Virus record (IMG/VR): IMGVR_UViG_2859788636_000006
Strand: one strand, 5' to 3'
From: a virus
Lineage: Duplodnaviria > Heunggongvirae > Uroviricota > Caudoviricetes
Length of the DNA: 23,303 bases
Part shown: piece by piece, positions 1 to 7,696 of the stretch
How positions within the stretch are numbered: position 1 is the stretch's first letter
Layout: each line of letters starts with the position of its first letter
The notes under the pieces: model-generated
The model's input: the letters and a program-made list of their open reading frames with translations, nothing else
The model's database searches: none
Told to the model about the DNA's origin: nothing
Program-made: the position numbers and the translations under genes

Positions 1-504
1 TTATTGATAGTGTTTTATGTTCAGATAATGCCCGATGACTTTGTCATGCAGCTCCACCGATTTTGAGAACGACAGCGACTTCCGTCCCAGCCGTGCCAGG
101 TGCTGCCTCAGATTCAGGTTATGCCGCTCAATTCGCTGCGTATATCGCTTGCTGATTACGTGCAGCTTTCCCTTCAGGCGGGATTCATACAGCGGCCAGC
201 CATCCGTCATCCATATCACCACGTCAAAGGGTGACAGCAGGCTCATAAGACGCCCCAGCGTCGCCATCGTGCGTTCACCGAAGACGTGCGCAACAACCGT
301 CTTCCGGGGCCTGTCATACGCGTAAAACAGCCAGCGCTGGCGCGATTTAGCCCCGACATAGCCCCACTGTTCGTCCATTTCCGCGCAGACGATGACGTCA
401 CTGCCCGGCTGTATGCGCGAGGTTACCGACTGCGGCCTGAGTTTTTTAAGTGACGTAAAATCGTGTTGAGGCCAACGCCCATAATGCGGGCAGTTGCCCG
501 GCAT
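1..504 (-). CDS. insB: IS1 InsB reading frame (normally expressed as InsAB' transposase by -1 frameshift from insA)
   Basis: 167-aa ORF; translation matches the IS1 InsB sequence as recalled. Confidence 0.9.
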
Positions 505-698
505 CCAACGCCATTCATGGCCATATCAATGATTTTCTGGTGCGTACCGGGTTGAGAAGCGGTGTAAGTGAACTGCAGTTGCCATGTTTTACGGCAGTGA
601 GAGCAGAGATAGCGCTGATGTCCGGCGGTGCTTTTGCCGTTACGCACCACCCCGTCAGTAGCTGAACAGGAGGGACAGCTGATAGAAACAGAAGCCAC
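423..698 (-). CDS. insA: IS1 InsA (transposition regulator, zinc-finger/HTH)
   Basis: 91-aa ORF beginning [39 protein letters not shown], characteristic of InsA; overlaps insB as in IS1. Confidence 0.9.
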
Positions 699-753
699 TG
701 GAGCACCTCAAAAACACCATCATACACTAAATCAGTAAGTTGGCAGCATCACC

Positions 754-1060
754 CATCATCTGTTGCCATACCTAAATCAACCGCATCCTGAAGCGGCGCT
801 ATTACATTCGTTGCCTCTGCTATCAGTGCAGATTTCTTTTCATCATTTATTAAGGCTAATTGTTCTGGTGTTGGAGAAGGACGGTCAACAATGACAGGGT
901 GACCGTTCTCACCACAGGTAATCATTTTTGTTACACTCTGTGAGTTAATCAGTGTTTTCCACTCTGATTCCGAGATTTCCACTGCATCATCAGGAATATT
1001 GGTGCCGTGAAATTCAGTCGAATAAAATCCGTTTGTCGATGCAGAATAAAAATATGACAT
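754..1060 (-). pseudogene. tfa: Tail fibre assembly protein (Tfa), 3'-truncated by the IS1 insertion
   Basis: Internal Met gives the Tfa-typical N-terminus MSYFYSASTNGFY, starting 4 nt after the tail-fibre stop; the frame runs into the IS1 end at 753 and stops inside IS1, so the usual C-terminal part is missing. Confidence 0.75.
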
Positions 1061-1064
1061 TTCG

Positions 1065-1856
1065 TTAATATCCCATTGCAATGTAATACGCATCAGCAGA
1101 TGAACCATATCCTGAACCGGGCGACACTGTAATATCAAATCCAGTGTTATGGACATTTGTCGCCGATACAGTCGGCTGCCCTGACGCGCCAGTAACGTTC
1201 AATGTAACTGTGACAGCAAGGACTCTTGAGAATGTCATCGGGAACCTCATCCCGTATGTTGAAGATACATTCGGGGAGCCATTCAACTGACCGCACTGTA
1301 AAATTAATCCAGACGGAAATTTTTGCGCAGCAGCCGTTGCGGTATTACTTGACGCGAACAGGCTCATATCAGGTATCTGATTCGCCCCTGTACCTACATT
1401 CCTTTTAGCCGCTTCTCCCAAACCAAGGTATGTGAGAATGTCAGCAATAGTATTTTTCCCAATAATGTCACGGCCAACAGAAGTTAAATCAGTCTGCGCT
1501 GCTGTATCATTTCCAGTGAAATATGGGAGTTTATTTGCACCTGTTGCGAGCCCAGCTAATGCCGACAGCGTGGCATCAAGCGCCTGGAAATCTTTCCCGA
1601 AAGCGGTCCCCATTTTGGATATAAACCCGTTCAGGTCTCCATCATCAAGCACATCCAGCCTGCTTTTGTTGGCGGTGTACTGCGCCAACGCTGCCGCGAT
1701 AAAGCTGGCTTGCCGAATAGCTTTGTTGACCTGTGCGCTGGATGCTTTACCTGCCGTAAACCCTGAAAGCAGAGCCGGAAGTGCTTCCCAGTCAGCTTGT
1801 GAGGTGACGTTAGCGTTCGGATCAAGCGCGAAAGGTTTAAAGTTGTTTATTGCCAT
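1065..1856 (-). CDS. Tail fibre protein (side tail fibre, Stf / Mu S-like)
   Basis: Position between baseplate genes and tfa; Gly/Ser/Thr/Ala-rich sequence ending YYIAMGY; likely ATG at 1856 overlaps the upstream stop (TAATG); the ORF track's alternative start is 1874. Confidence 0.65.
   Translation of the reverse strand: MAINNFKPFALDPNANVTSQADWEALPALLSGFTAGKASSAQVNKAIRQASFIAAALAQYTANKSRLDVLDDGDLNGFISKMGTAFGKDFQALDATLSALAGLATGANKLPYFTGNDTAAQTDLTSVGRDIIGKNTIADILTYLGLGEAAKRNVGTGANQIPDMSLFASSNTATAAAQKFPSGLILQCGQLNGSPNVSSTYGMRFPMTFSRVLAVTVTLNVTGASGQPTVSATNVHNTGFDITVSPGSGYGSSADAYYIAMGY
1413..1438. other. Candidate DNA-invertase crossover site (hix/gix/cix-like 26-bp site) inside the tail-fibre gene
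   Basis: TTCTCCCAAACC-AA-GGTATGTGAGAA matches the hixL sequence as recalled (TTCTTGAAAACC-AA-GGTTTTTGATAA) at about 20 of 26 positions, including the AAACC-AA-GGT core; half-sites are near-palindromic; lies about mid-gene. No partner site or invertase gene in the window. Confidence 0.35.
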
Positions 1857-2536
1857 TAGAGTATTGTCCCCCATGCTCCAACATCGAACCCGCCGATGTA
1901 TTCGTTATCCATATCAAACCCAAAGAATTTAGAGCCCTCGGATGGTGCTTCTACCGAAGGCGTTTCAACATCACCGGCCCATACGCCAGCTGCTTTAACG
2001 GTGAGATAGCCCTGTTTGATAGCGGCAATCAGTTCAAGAGACACATCAGAAATATCAGTCTCGGGGAATACCCAAACCGATATCGTCATGTCCTGGTTGT
2101 CGACAATTTGCATCCTCAGGCCTGAGCCTTCAGTCGCAGCGTCAAGGATGGGAGGCAGAGAGTCGTTCCGACCGTCCCAGTTGTTGATAGCGATTTTCGC
2201 TTTCAGAATGATGCGGTACGTCTCATCGCTTAGCGTCGTATAGCCAGAATCAGGATCATATGGCCCTTTCCAGATGCCCTGGTCATACCCAAGCCCGTCA
2301 GTGTCCCAGCTGAAATAAACTCCGCTAATTGGCTGGCTGACTATGCGACTGCGTCCGATCCACAGACCGAGGATGTCGAGCTGTACACCGACAGCAGTAT
2401 CAATATCGAAGGCTGTTATAAGCCCTGACATAGTGCTGGACACATCAATCAGCGGGCGGGTGCTCAGATCTATATGGTCAAAAAAGAGTGGCTTGGTAGC
2501 GTGGTAGTTAGTGATCAGTTCGGTGTATTTGCTCAT
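1856..2536 (-). CDS. Baseplate/tail protein following baseplate J (YmfQ/XkdU/gpI-like, putative)
   Basis: 226-aa ORF; ATG overlaps the baseplate J stop (ATGA); synteny J -> this gene -> tail fibre. Family assignment from memory, not searched. Confidence 0.5.
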   Translation of the reverse strand: MSKYTELITNYHATKPLFFDHIDLSTRPLIDVSSTMSGLITAFDIDTAVGVQLDILGLWIGRSRIVSQPISGVYFSWDTDGLGYDQGIWKGPYDPDSGYTTLSDETYRIILKAKIAINNWDGRNDSLPPILDAATEGSGLRMQIVDNQDMTISVWVFPETDISDVSLELIAAIKQGYLTVKAAGVWAGDVETPSVEAPSEGSKFFGFDMDNEYIGGFDVGAWGTIL

Positions 2537-3732
2537 GAGGTCACCGTGATACTGATATTCGCGGTGCTACAGGACGCAGAAGCATCATAGGCAATATCAA
2601 TGTTTGATGCCGATACGCTGCCAGACGACTTACCGATCAGCAGGTCGGTAATATCGTAATAGCGGGCATTCCCGCCGCTCACAACGCCGAGGTTTGCCGG
2701 GGAATAAATACGGCTCAGCAGAACGTCGTCGCCAATTGTTAGGCCATTTATATAATCGGCAACAGCCTGTTTAATCTGCTCGCCGATTTGAGAGGTATAG
2801 CCGGTAAAAACTTTCAGGGTAATGGCTACGAAAATTGGCACATCGGTAGAGCGCGAAAAACTGATGACGTGTGGATTACCGTAAGTATCCGGCACCGTGA
2901 CAGAAGTTTTACCGTAAGTTGCGGTTCCCTGCCCTTTACTCCCCCGGATTGTTTGGGCTATCTCGGTAACATCCCCTCCATCGACGATGGCGGAAATAGA
3001 GTGTGGCGGCAGCCCGTTGCTGTCGGTTGCCCCAGTGTCGTTCTCATATAGTTTGTGACGTGTCACGCCAGCAACATTAGCGATAGCACCGTCGACACCT
3101 TCAAACGGTGTGATCGATGGTAGCGCGACGCTTTGCCCCTGCCGAATGCGCAGCTCTGCGTCGGTTTCGGCTGGTGAACCGACAGTAGCCGCAACTGGAT
3201 TGGTTACCGACACCCAACCTCGGGTCGGGGTGTTGATAGTGGTAATAGTCCCGGCCAGCGCCGCAACCGAACCGCTATTCGCACATGTGGCCGTCACCAG
3301 CACAGTACCATCAACGCCGATCGCTACACTTGCGGGAAAATTCCAGATAATGCCGTTTTTATCCCGTGCGGAGCCATTCGTGATAGTCGTGCCTGCCGTA
3401 CCGGTTAACAGAAGGTCAGCAGTAGAGTTTGTCGCTACTTTTCGCGTGATCCCGTTAATTTTCACATTGCTGCTAAGCGCTGCGGCCTGCGCTGTCGTCG
3501 GTGAAAAAGAGTTGTAGATCCCGATAGCGGTGTTGTTAGCGTCATGCACGGCAAGAGCCACCAGCGCGACCATCTGCCCGTCTTTGCTGTCTGGTTCGAG
3601 GTAGGCATCACTACCGTAAATCTGCCTGAAATAGCTGGTCAGTGTATCTAGGATTGTCTGGTAATCAGGCGCACTAATCCCCTGGGCGGTTACCGTTGCC
3701 GATAGCCCCAGCGTGTCGAGGTTCAAAGCCAT
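2533..3732 (-). CDS. Baseplate J-like protein (gp47/gpJ family)
   Basis: 399-aa ORF in canonical position between the small wedge protein and the tail-fibre genes; size and sequence character fit the Baseplate_J family. Confidence 0.65.
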   Translation of the reverse strand: MALNLDTLGLSATVTAQGISAPDYQTILDTLTSYFRQIYGSDAYLEPDSKDGQMVALVALAVHDANNTAIGIYNSFSPTTAQAAALSSNVKINGITRKVATNSTADLLLTGTAGTTITNGSARDKNGIIWNFPASVAIGVDGTVLVTATCANSGSVAALAGTITTINTPTRGWVSVTNPVAATVGSPAETDAELRIRQGQSVALPSITPFEGVDGAIANVAGVTRHKLYENDTGATDSNGLPPHSISAIVDGGDVTEIAQTIRGSKGQGTATYGKTSVTVPDTYGNPHVISFSRSTDVPIFVAITLKVFTGYTSQIGEQIKQAVADYINGLTIGDDVLLSRIYSPANLGVVSGGNARYYDITDLLIGKSSGSVSASNIDIAYDASASCSTANISITVTS

Positions 3733-4086
3733 TTATGCCTCGCTTGTTACAGTCGTCTGGCCGTAGATTGTGTCAATGGAGGAAGTGAAGGTGACGCGAC
3801 GGCTGGTGCCGTCATAATTGGTATCGAAGGAAAGAATCGACAGAACGCCCGGTGTATCCTGTATGCGTTCGCGTATAGCCAGGATGTAGACATCTGATCG
3901 CTGCTTCCCAAGCACTGACTGAACATACGGCGTGCCTTCCGTCAGATCGAGAAACCACTGACCGCGCCACAGCTCGAAACGGGTTTTTACGGCCTGGGCG
4001 ACACATTCCGGACTGTCGATAAGGAAAGTATCGTCACCCTGGCCGAAAGTGTAATCGCCTTCAGTATCTTCGCGACGGTATCGCAT
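3733..4086 (-). CDS. Small baseplate wedge protein (gp25/gpW-like or XkdS-like, putative)
   Basis: 117-aa ORF; start overlaps the spike stop (TAATG); position between spike and baseplate J as in Mu/P2/PBSX-type baseplate modules. Confidence 0.5.
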   Translation of the reverse strand: MRYRREDTEGDYTFGQGDDTFLIDSPECVAQAVKTRFELWRGQWFLDLTEGTPYVQSVLGKQRSDVYILAIRERIQDTPGVLSILSFDTNYDGTSRRVTFTSSIDTIYGQTTVTSEA

Positions 4087-4826
4087 TATTGCGGCCCTCC
4101 GGTAGTTCCCCCGCCAGTCTGTACTCCGCCATGTTTATGCGTGGCGACACTGATACCAGAAGCTGTTACGTCATTCGTTACCATCACCGGCCCAAGCATC
4201 GTCGCAGTACCGCCGCTTTCGCCCATTCCCTGAGACAAGTTGCCATTAATCGTTACGTTGCCGTTCAGCGTGATAGTCGGGGATGTGATTGTCGTTCCAC
4301 CTTCAGCCGTAGCTGTAAGCTGGCCCGGTGTTTTAATGGTGATGTTATGTCCTGCGGCGACTTCTACAAACGCCGCACCATCATCGGTTCGCAGCTGCGC
4401 GGCGCTGGTACTGATACCGCTGATTTTCCGTGCTTGCGACTGCGGGCCAACGATGGCGAACGCATCAGATAAGTCATGCTGGCGCGGGTCGACGGTCTCC
4501 TGAACGCCGCCGCTCTGCCACCAAAAATCGATGCAACGGTCAGCAAAAATCAGGAGGCACTCGTCGCCTTCTTTTACCGGAAAGGTCAGCGTGCAACCGC
4601 CGCCGCGCGGGAAGATGACCGGCACATCCACCAGCGGTTTTAATTCGGTGGATCCATCGCCAACAATACCGCGTAGCGCCACCTCTACTGTGCAGGTAAC
4701 AGTCTCAGGATCGAACGACTGAATGATGCCGGGCATCGCTACGCGCATCTGGGTAGACACCGAATCGGCAATGGCCTGCGCGGTCTGCTGCTCACCGCCG
4801 ATCTGTGATTGAGTTGGAATTGGCAT
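4086..4826 (-). CDS. Baseplate central spike protein (gpV / Gp138-N-like OB-fold with Gly-rich C-terminal region)
   Basis: 246-aa ORF; N-terminus MPIPTQSQ...MPGIIQSFD typical of spike N-domains; C-terminus Gly/Thr-rich; GGGGG Shine-Dalgarno 4 nt upstream. Confidence 0.6.
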   Translation of the reverse strand: MPIPTQSQIGGEQQTAQAIADSVSTQMRVAMPGIIQSFDPETVTCTVEVALRGIVGDGSTELKPLVDVPVIFPRGGGCTLTFPVKEGDECLLIFADRCIDFWWQSGGVQETVDPRQHDLSDAFAIVGPQSQARKISGISTSAAQLRTDDGAAFVEVAAGHNITIKTPGQLTATAEGGTTITSPTITLNGNVTINGNLSQGMGESGGTATMLGPVMVTNDVTASGISVATHKHGGVQTGGGTTGGPQ

Positions 4827-4834
4827 AAAACCCC

Positions 4835-4860
4835 CATAAAAAAACCAGCCGAAGCTGGTT
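4835..4860 (-). terminator. Intrinsic terminator on the minus strand (7-bp stem, UUCG tetraloop, 7-8 U tract), 17 nt upstream of the spike start codon
   Basis: Minus-strand RNA AACCAGC-UUCG-GCUGGUU followed by UUUUUUUAU; read directly from the sequence. Confidence 0.6.
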
Positions 4861-5048
4861 TGGTATCAATTATCTCTTAGTAACTAAGCTACATCAGTGT
4901 GAAGTAAGGCTTTTCCGCTGCAATGGCACACATTCACAAGGTGTATTAGGATATGTTTGCAACAAGTAAGCATTGAAAATCAATTTCAGCCATGAAGCCG
5001 CCATAGAGTGGACCTGCACCATCGCATTATTGACTACAGGAGTAACAA

Positions 5049-5339
5049 ATGGGATTTAGATTTCGTAAAAGAATCCGGATTGCGCCCGGACTCGCGATCA
5101 ACATTAGTAAAAGCGGAGTAAGCACTTCAATTGGTGGTAAAGGTTCCACCATTAACATCGGGAAAAAAGGCGTAAAGATGACAAATGGCCTTCCCGGCAC
5201 GGGGCTGTCGCATACCACTAACCTTTACTCTCCCGGGAAATCGACAGAAAAAAAACAACTTACTCATAAGCAAAAAATAATTAGAAACATCCTGTTCGTA
5301 ATTATTGTGTTTATAATAATTAAAGCTCAATATTTTTGA
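5049..5339 (+). CDS. Small C-terminally membrane-anchored protein with DUF4236-like N-terminal motif; insert cargo gene of unknown function
   Basis: 96-aa ORF; AGGAG Shine-Dalgarno 6 nt upstream of ATG; N-terminus MGFRFRKRIRIAPGLAINISKSGVSTSIGGKGSTINIGKKG matches the DUF4236 motif as recalled; C-terminal hydrophobic segment NILFVIIVFIIII; markedly AT-rich; opposite strand to all flanking phage genes; followed by a terminator. Confidence 0.7.
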   Translation: MGFRFRKRIRIAPGLAINISKSGVSTSIGGKGSTINIGKKGVKMTNGLPGTGLSHTTNLYSPGKSTEKKQLTHKQKIIRNILFVIIVFIIIKAQYF

Positions 5340-5344
5340 CGCAT

Positions 5345-5375
5345 GCCCGCCTATCTGGCGGGCTATTTTACTTTT
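5345..5375 (+). terminator. Intrinsic terminator for the plus-strand cargo gene (GC-rich hairpin plus U-rich tract), overlapping the 3' end of the convergent minus-strand gene
   Basis: GCCCGCC-tatct-GGCGGGC followed by TATTTTACTTTT on the plus strand, 5 nt after the stop at 5337-5339; on the minus strand the hairpin is followed by an A-rich tract, so termination is likely plus-strand only. Confidence 0.6.
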
Positions 5376-5707
5376 CGGCAGTCGTATGTTGCATACTGAC
5401 GCGGCGAATCCATGCTGGCTTGCAGCCACTGTGCGTTGAGAATGGCTTTGCCGTTTCGATTGATGTACTCAAGACCAACCCATCTTCCAGGCTGATCGGT
5501 AGCCATACGCCAATCCATCTTGATATTGTTATAATCGCCTTTGTTTTTCAGGAAGGTGATTTTTTGCATTTCTGGCTTTGCGCCATTGATTCTGGCTAAG
5601 CCATCATCTGCCCAATGGATTTTAAAATCACCACATTGCTGATCCGCAAAAGCGGGTGCTGATATAAGCACCGCGAACACGGTAACAGTGCAAAGTAAAT
5701 GTCTCAC
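5363..5707 (-). CDS. Secreted/periplasmic protein of unknown function (signal peptide, two Cys), embedded in the baseplate module
   Basis: 114-aa ORF with GTG start 12 nt after the hub stop, preceded by a GAGGTGG Shine-Dalgarno; N-terminus MRHLLCTVTVFAVLISAPAFA-DQQ is a canonical Sec signal peptide with AxA-type cleavage site; Cys near the mature N-terminus and near the C-terminus; GC lower than flanking structural genes. Confidence 0.65.
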   Translation of the reverse strand: MRHLLCTVTVFAVLISAPAFADQQCGDFKIHWADDGLARINGAKPEMQKITFLKNKGDYNNIKMDWRMATDQPGRWVGLEYINRNGKAILNAQWLQASMDSPRQYATYDCRKVK

Positions 5708-5719
5708 GGCCCCACCTCA

Positions 5720-6784
5720 CTAATTCGTCGTCCCTTGCATTGCTTTCGGGCTATAAAGATCACGAGCGCCACGCGCAAAACACATCAAATCCATGTACCA
5801 CGCCTGACCTCTGGTGTCGCCAGTATAGTCGATAGCTTTGACGATATAAACGCCATCCGTCGCAATGCTGGCAGCCTGTGACGTCGTGCCGGTCAGCACA
5901 CGGTTGCCGTTCTCTTCTGTTTCGGTGATACGCCCGGGCGACTGTGCTATTTCGCTATTGCCGAGCGTGGCGCGGTACACCGAAGCCTGATCGAGCTGGA
6001 TAAGACCATTAATACGGATGTTTGGGTTTATCAGGCATCGCACGTTTACTCCGCCACCCATCGTTTGTTGCGGCATACCGATCAGGCCAGTATTGGCATT
6101 CAACACAATGGCTTCGTGAATATATTTATCCTCCGGCACCATCTGGACCTGACCATCCACCAGTTGCCATGTCGCTTTGCACTGCGCAGCAATATTATCC
6201 ATCACGTTGCGGCTGGATGAGTAAATCGCGCGGCCACGAGGAAACACGGTATCAGGAAAATCGCCGGTAATGCCCTGTGTCACGCCGAACGCGTTGAAAT
6301 CCTGCATCGTCGCCCGGTGCAGATCCGCAACGGTATATCCAGCGGCAAGCGTGGTGATGGTGGTCGCATAGAGGAACGCTTCGTGATCACCAATGGCCTG
6401 AATCAACACCCAGGAATCCGTAATGTTGTCCTTCCCGGTGACGGTGAAGCGAATATCACCGTCAAAAATCAGGCCGTAGTTCTGACCGTTCACCTGCCCT
6501 ATCTGGTCTGGTGAAATCTCCCGGGACACACCAACCTGGCTCGCATCAACATCCGGCGCTATACCGTCATACCCGGCAATGATGCGAATTTTGGCAAACT
6601 CCTGCCCAAGTATCTTGTTCGTGGTATCGGTCGAAAGGTTGTAAATTTTCACGTTCGCCACGCGCGGCCAGCGTGTGTCTGCCCACTCGATCTGGAACGT
6701 GACCTTAAAGTCAGACAGGGAAACGCCCTGCCCGTTCTGGTCCAACAGTTGCAGCTCAAAATGGCGCATCCAGTTAAGAGACAT
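5720..6784 (-). CDS. Baseplate hub / tail assembly protein (gpD / XkdQ / Mu gp44-like, putative)
   Basis: 354-aa ORF in the position between tape-measure-proximal genes and the spike; assignment by synteny and size. Confidence 0.45.
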   Translation of the reverse strand: MSLNWMRHFELQLLDQNGQGVSLSDFKVTFQIEWADTRWPRVANVKIYNLSTDTTNKILGQEFAKIRIIAGYDGIAPDVDASQVGVSREISPDQIGQVNGQNYGLIFDGDIRFTVTGKDNITDSWVLIQAIGDHEAFLYATTITTLAAGYTVADLHRATMQDFNAFGVTQGITGDFPDTVFPRGRAIYSSSRNVMDNIAAQCKATWQLVDGQVQMVPEDKYIHEAIVLNANTGLIGMPQQTMGGGVNVRCLINPNIRINGLIQLDQASVYRATLGNSEIAQSPGRITETEENGNRVLTGTTSQAASIATDGVYIVKAIDYTGDTRGQAWYMDLMCFARGARDLYSPKAMQGTTN

Positions 6785-6786
6785 TT

Positions 6787-7092
6787 CTACTCCTGTACGA
6801 AAATGAGGTGGCTGTATGTGCCGAGGTTGGTTTTGGTGGGCTCGTCTGGTGCGCCCTTATCGGTCGCCACCACCAGCGCGCCATCAATGCCAAGCTGTGG
6901 ATATTGTCGTAAAAGGTTTACGCCGGTCAGTAGAGGTACGCCAGAGAGAAGCGCGGCACCGCCGCTATCCATCACGTCCATAATCCAGCCAGCCGCATCA
7001 CGCCAGATGATCCTGAGTGTATACGTGGTATTGCCCAGCAAAACTCGGAACTGCTGATTGTCAGGAGAAAGCGGTATTTCGTTAAACTGCAT
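6787..7092 (-). CDS. Small tail/baseplate protein, unknown family
   Basis: 101-aa ORF with ATG start, tightly packed between the 200-aa protein and the hub gene. Confidence 0.4.
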   Translation of the reverse strand: MQFNEIPLSPDNQQFRVLLGNTTYTLRIIWRDAAGWIMDVMDSGGAALLSGVPLLTGVNLLRQYPQLGIDGALVVATDKGAPDEPTKTNLGTYSHLIFVQE

Positions 7093-7093
7093 A

Positions 7094-7696
7094 TCATCCC
7101 CCGAATGCTGATGTAACGCTTCCGCCCAGCTGGCTCAGCAAGGATTCGTTTGGCGGTGTAGTGGATTTCATCCCGGAATTCTGCACCGCCGATGTGCTGA
7201 CGCCATCCTGCATATCTGATTTATCTGCAACGCTAACGCTCTGCGTCTGCGACATGATCACTTCACGCAGGGTAAGCGTGCAGTTCAGCACGTTCTCGCT
7301 GGTTTTATCCGTTGTCACCTCGATGGCTCGCACCAGCATATTGCTGTAAACCCGCTTTCCGGTCACTACATCGAACGGCACCCTAGAGGACTGGAGATCC
7401 AGTAGTTGCTGATAGGTCTCTTTCGGGCTAAGTCCGGCGCTGAGGCCGATTGACGATGTATCAATGAAGTCCAGCAACGAACCGCCACCTGCGAAGCCGC
7501 ATTCCATCGTGACTTCGCTGGGGCGCTTATACGCATGATCGGCGATGAAACCCGACGCGCTATTCGTTGTTGGCTTCTCCACCGGGTGCTCAGTAATTTC
7601 GAGCGCATCAGAATGCTTTTCAGAAACAACCACGCTGGGGATTAATATTCCAATTCGCCGGGATTGCTGGCGAAAAATTGCTGATAAAATATCCAT
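7094..7696 (-). CDS. Tail protein downstream of tape measure (putative baseplate assembly / XkdP-position protein)
   Basis: 200-aa ORF; ATG overlaps the tape-measure stop (TAATG); function by position only. Confidence 0.4.
   Translation of the reverse strand: MDILSAIFRQQSRRIGILIPSVVVSEKHSDALEITEHPVEKPTTNSASGFIADHAYKRPSEVTMECGFAGGGSLLDFIDTSSIGLSAGLSPKETYQQLLDLQSSRVPFDVVTGKRVYSNMLVRAIEVTTDKTSENVLNCTLTLREVIMSQTQSVSVADKSDMQDGVSTSAVQNSGMKSTTPPNESLLSQLGGSVTSAFGG

Larger units (their letters stand above)
1..753 (-). mobile_element. IS1 insertion sequence, partial (about 15 bp of one terminal inverted repeat lies beyond the window start); inserted into the tfa gene
   Basis: insA and insB reading frames recognised from translation; terminal sequence GGTGATGCTGCCAACTTACTGAT present as reverse complement ending at 753; window begins at the insB stop codon. 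Confidence 0.93.

Noticed and set aside
35-325. 96-aa plus-strand ORF inside IS1
   Set aside because: Antisense to insB within a well-characterised IS; not a known IS1 gene.
754-1064. Search for the inverted partner of the hix-like site within the window
   Set aside because: No second copy of the AAACCAAGGT-type core in either orientation between IS1 and the tail-fibre gene; the partner, if it exists, must lie beyond the window.
1432-1932. 166-aa plus-strand ORF overlapping the tail-fibre gene
   Set aside because: Antisense to a convincing tail-fibre ORF; Ala/Ser-rich translation is the mirror of the fibre's composition.
4948-4985. Possible sigma-70 promoter for the DUF4236-like gene (TTGCAA, 17-bp spacer, TCAATT)
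   Set aside because: The -10 element matches the consensus at only about 3 of 6 positions and alternatives are equally weak; a promoter is expected in 4861-5048 but I cannot place it from sequence alone.
5027-5429. Minus-strand ORFs (63 aa and 100 aa) in the cargo insert, antisense to the DUF4236-like gene
   Set aside because: They overlap the much better supported plus-strand gene and the 3' end of the secreted-protein gene; no conserved motif or ribosome-binding site; treated as untranslated 3' region of the minus-strand transcript.
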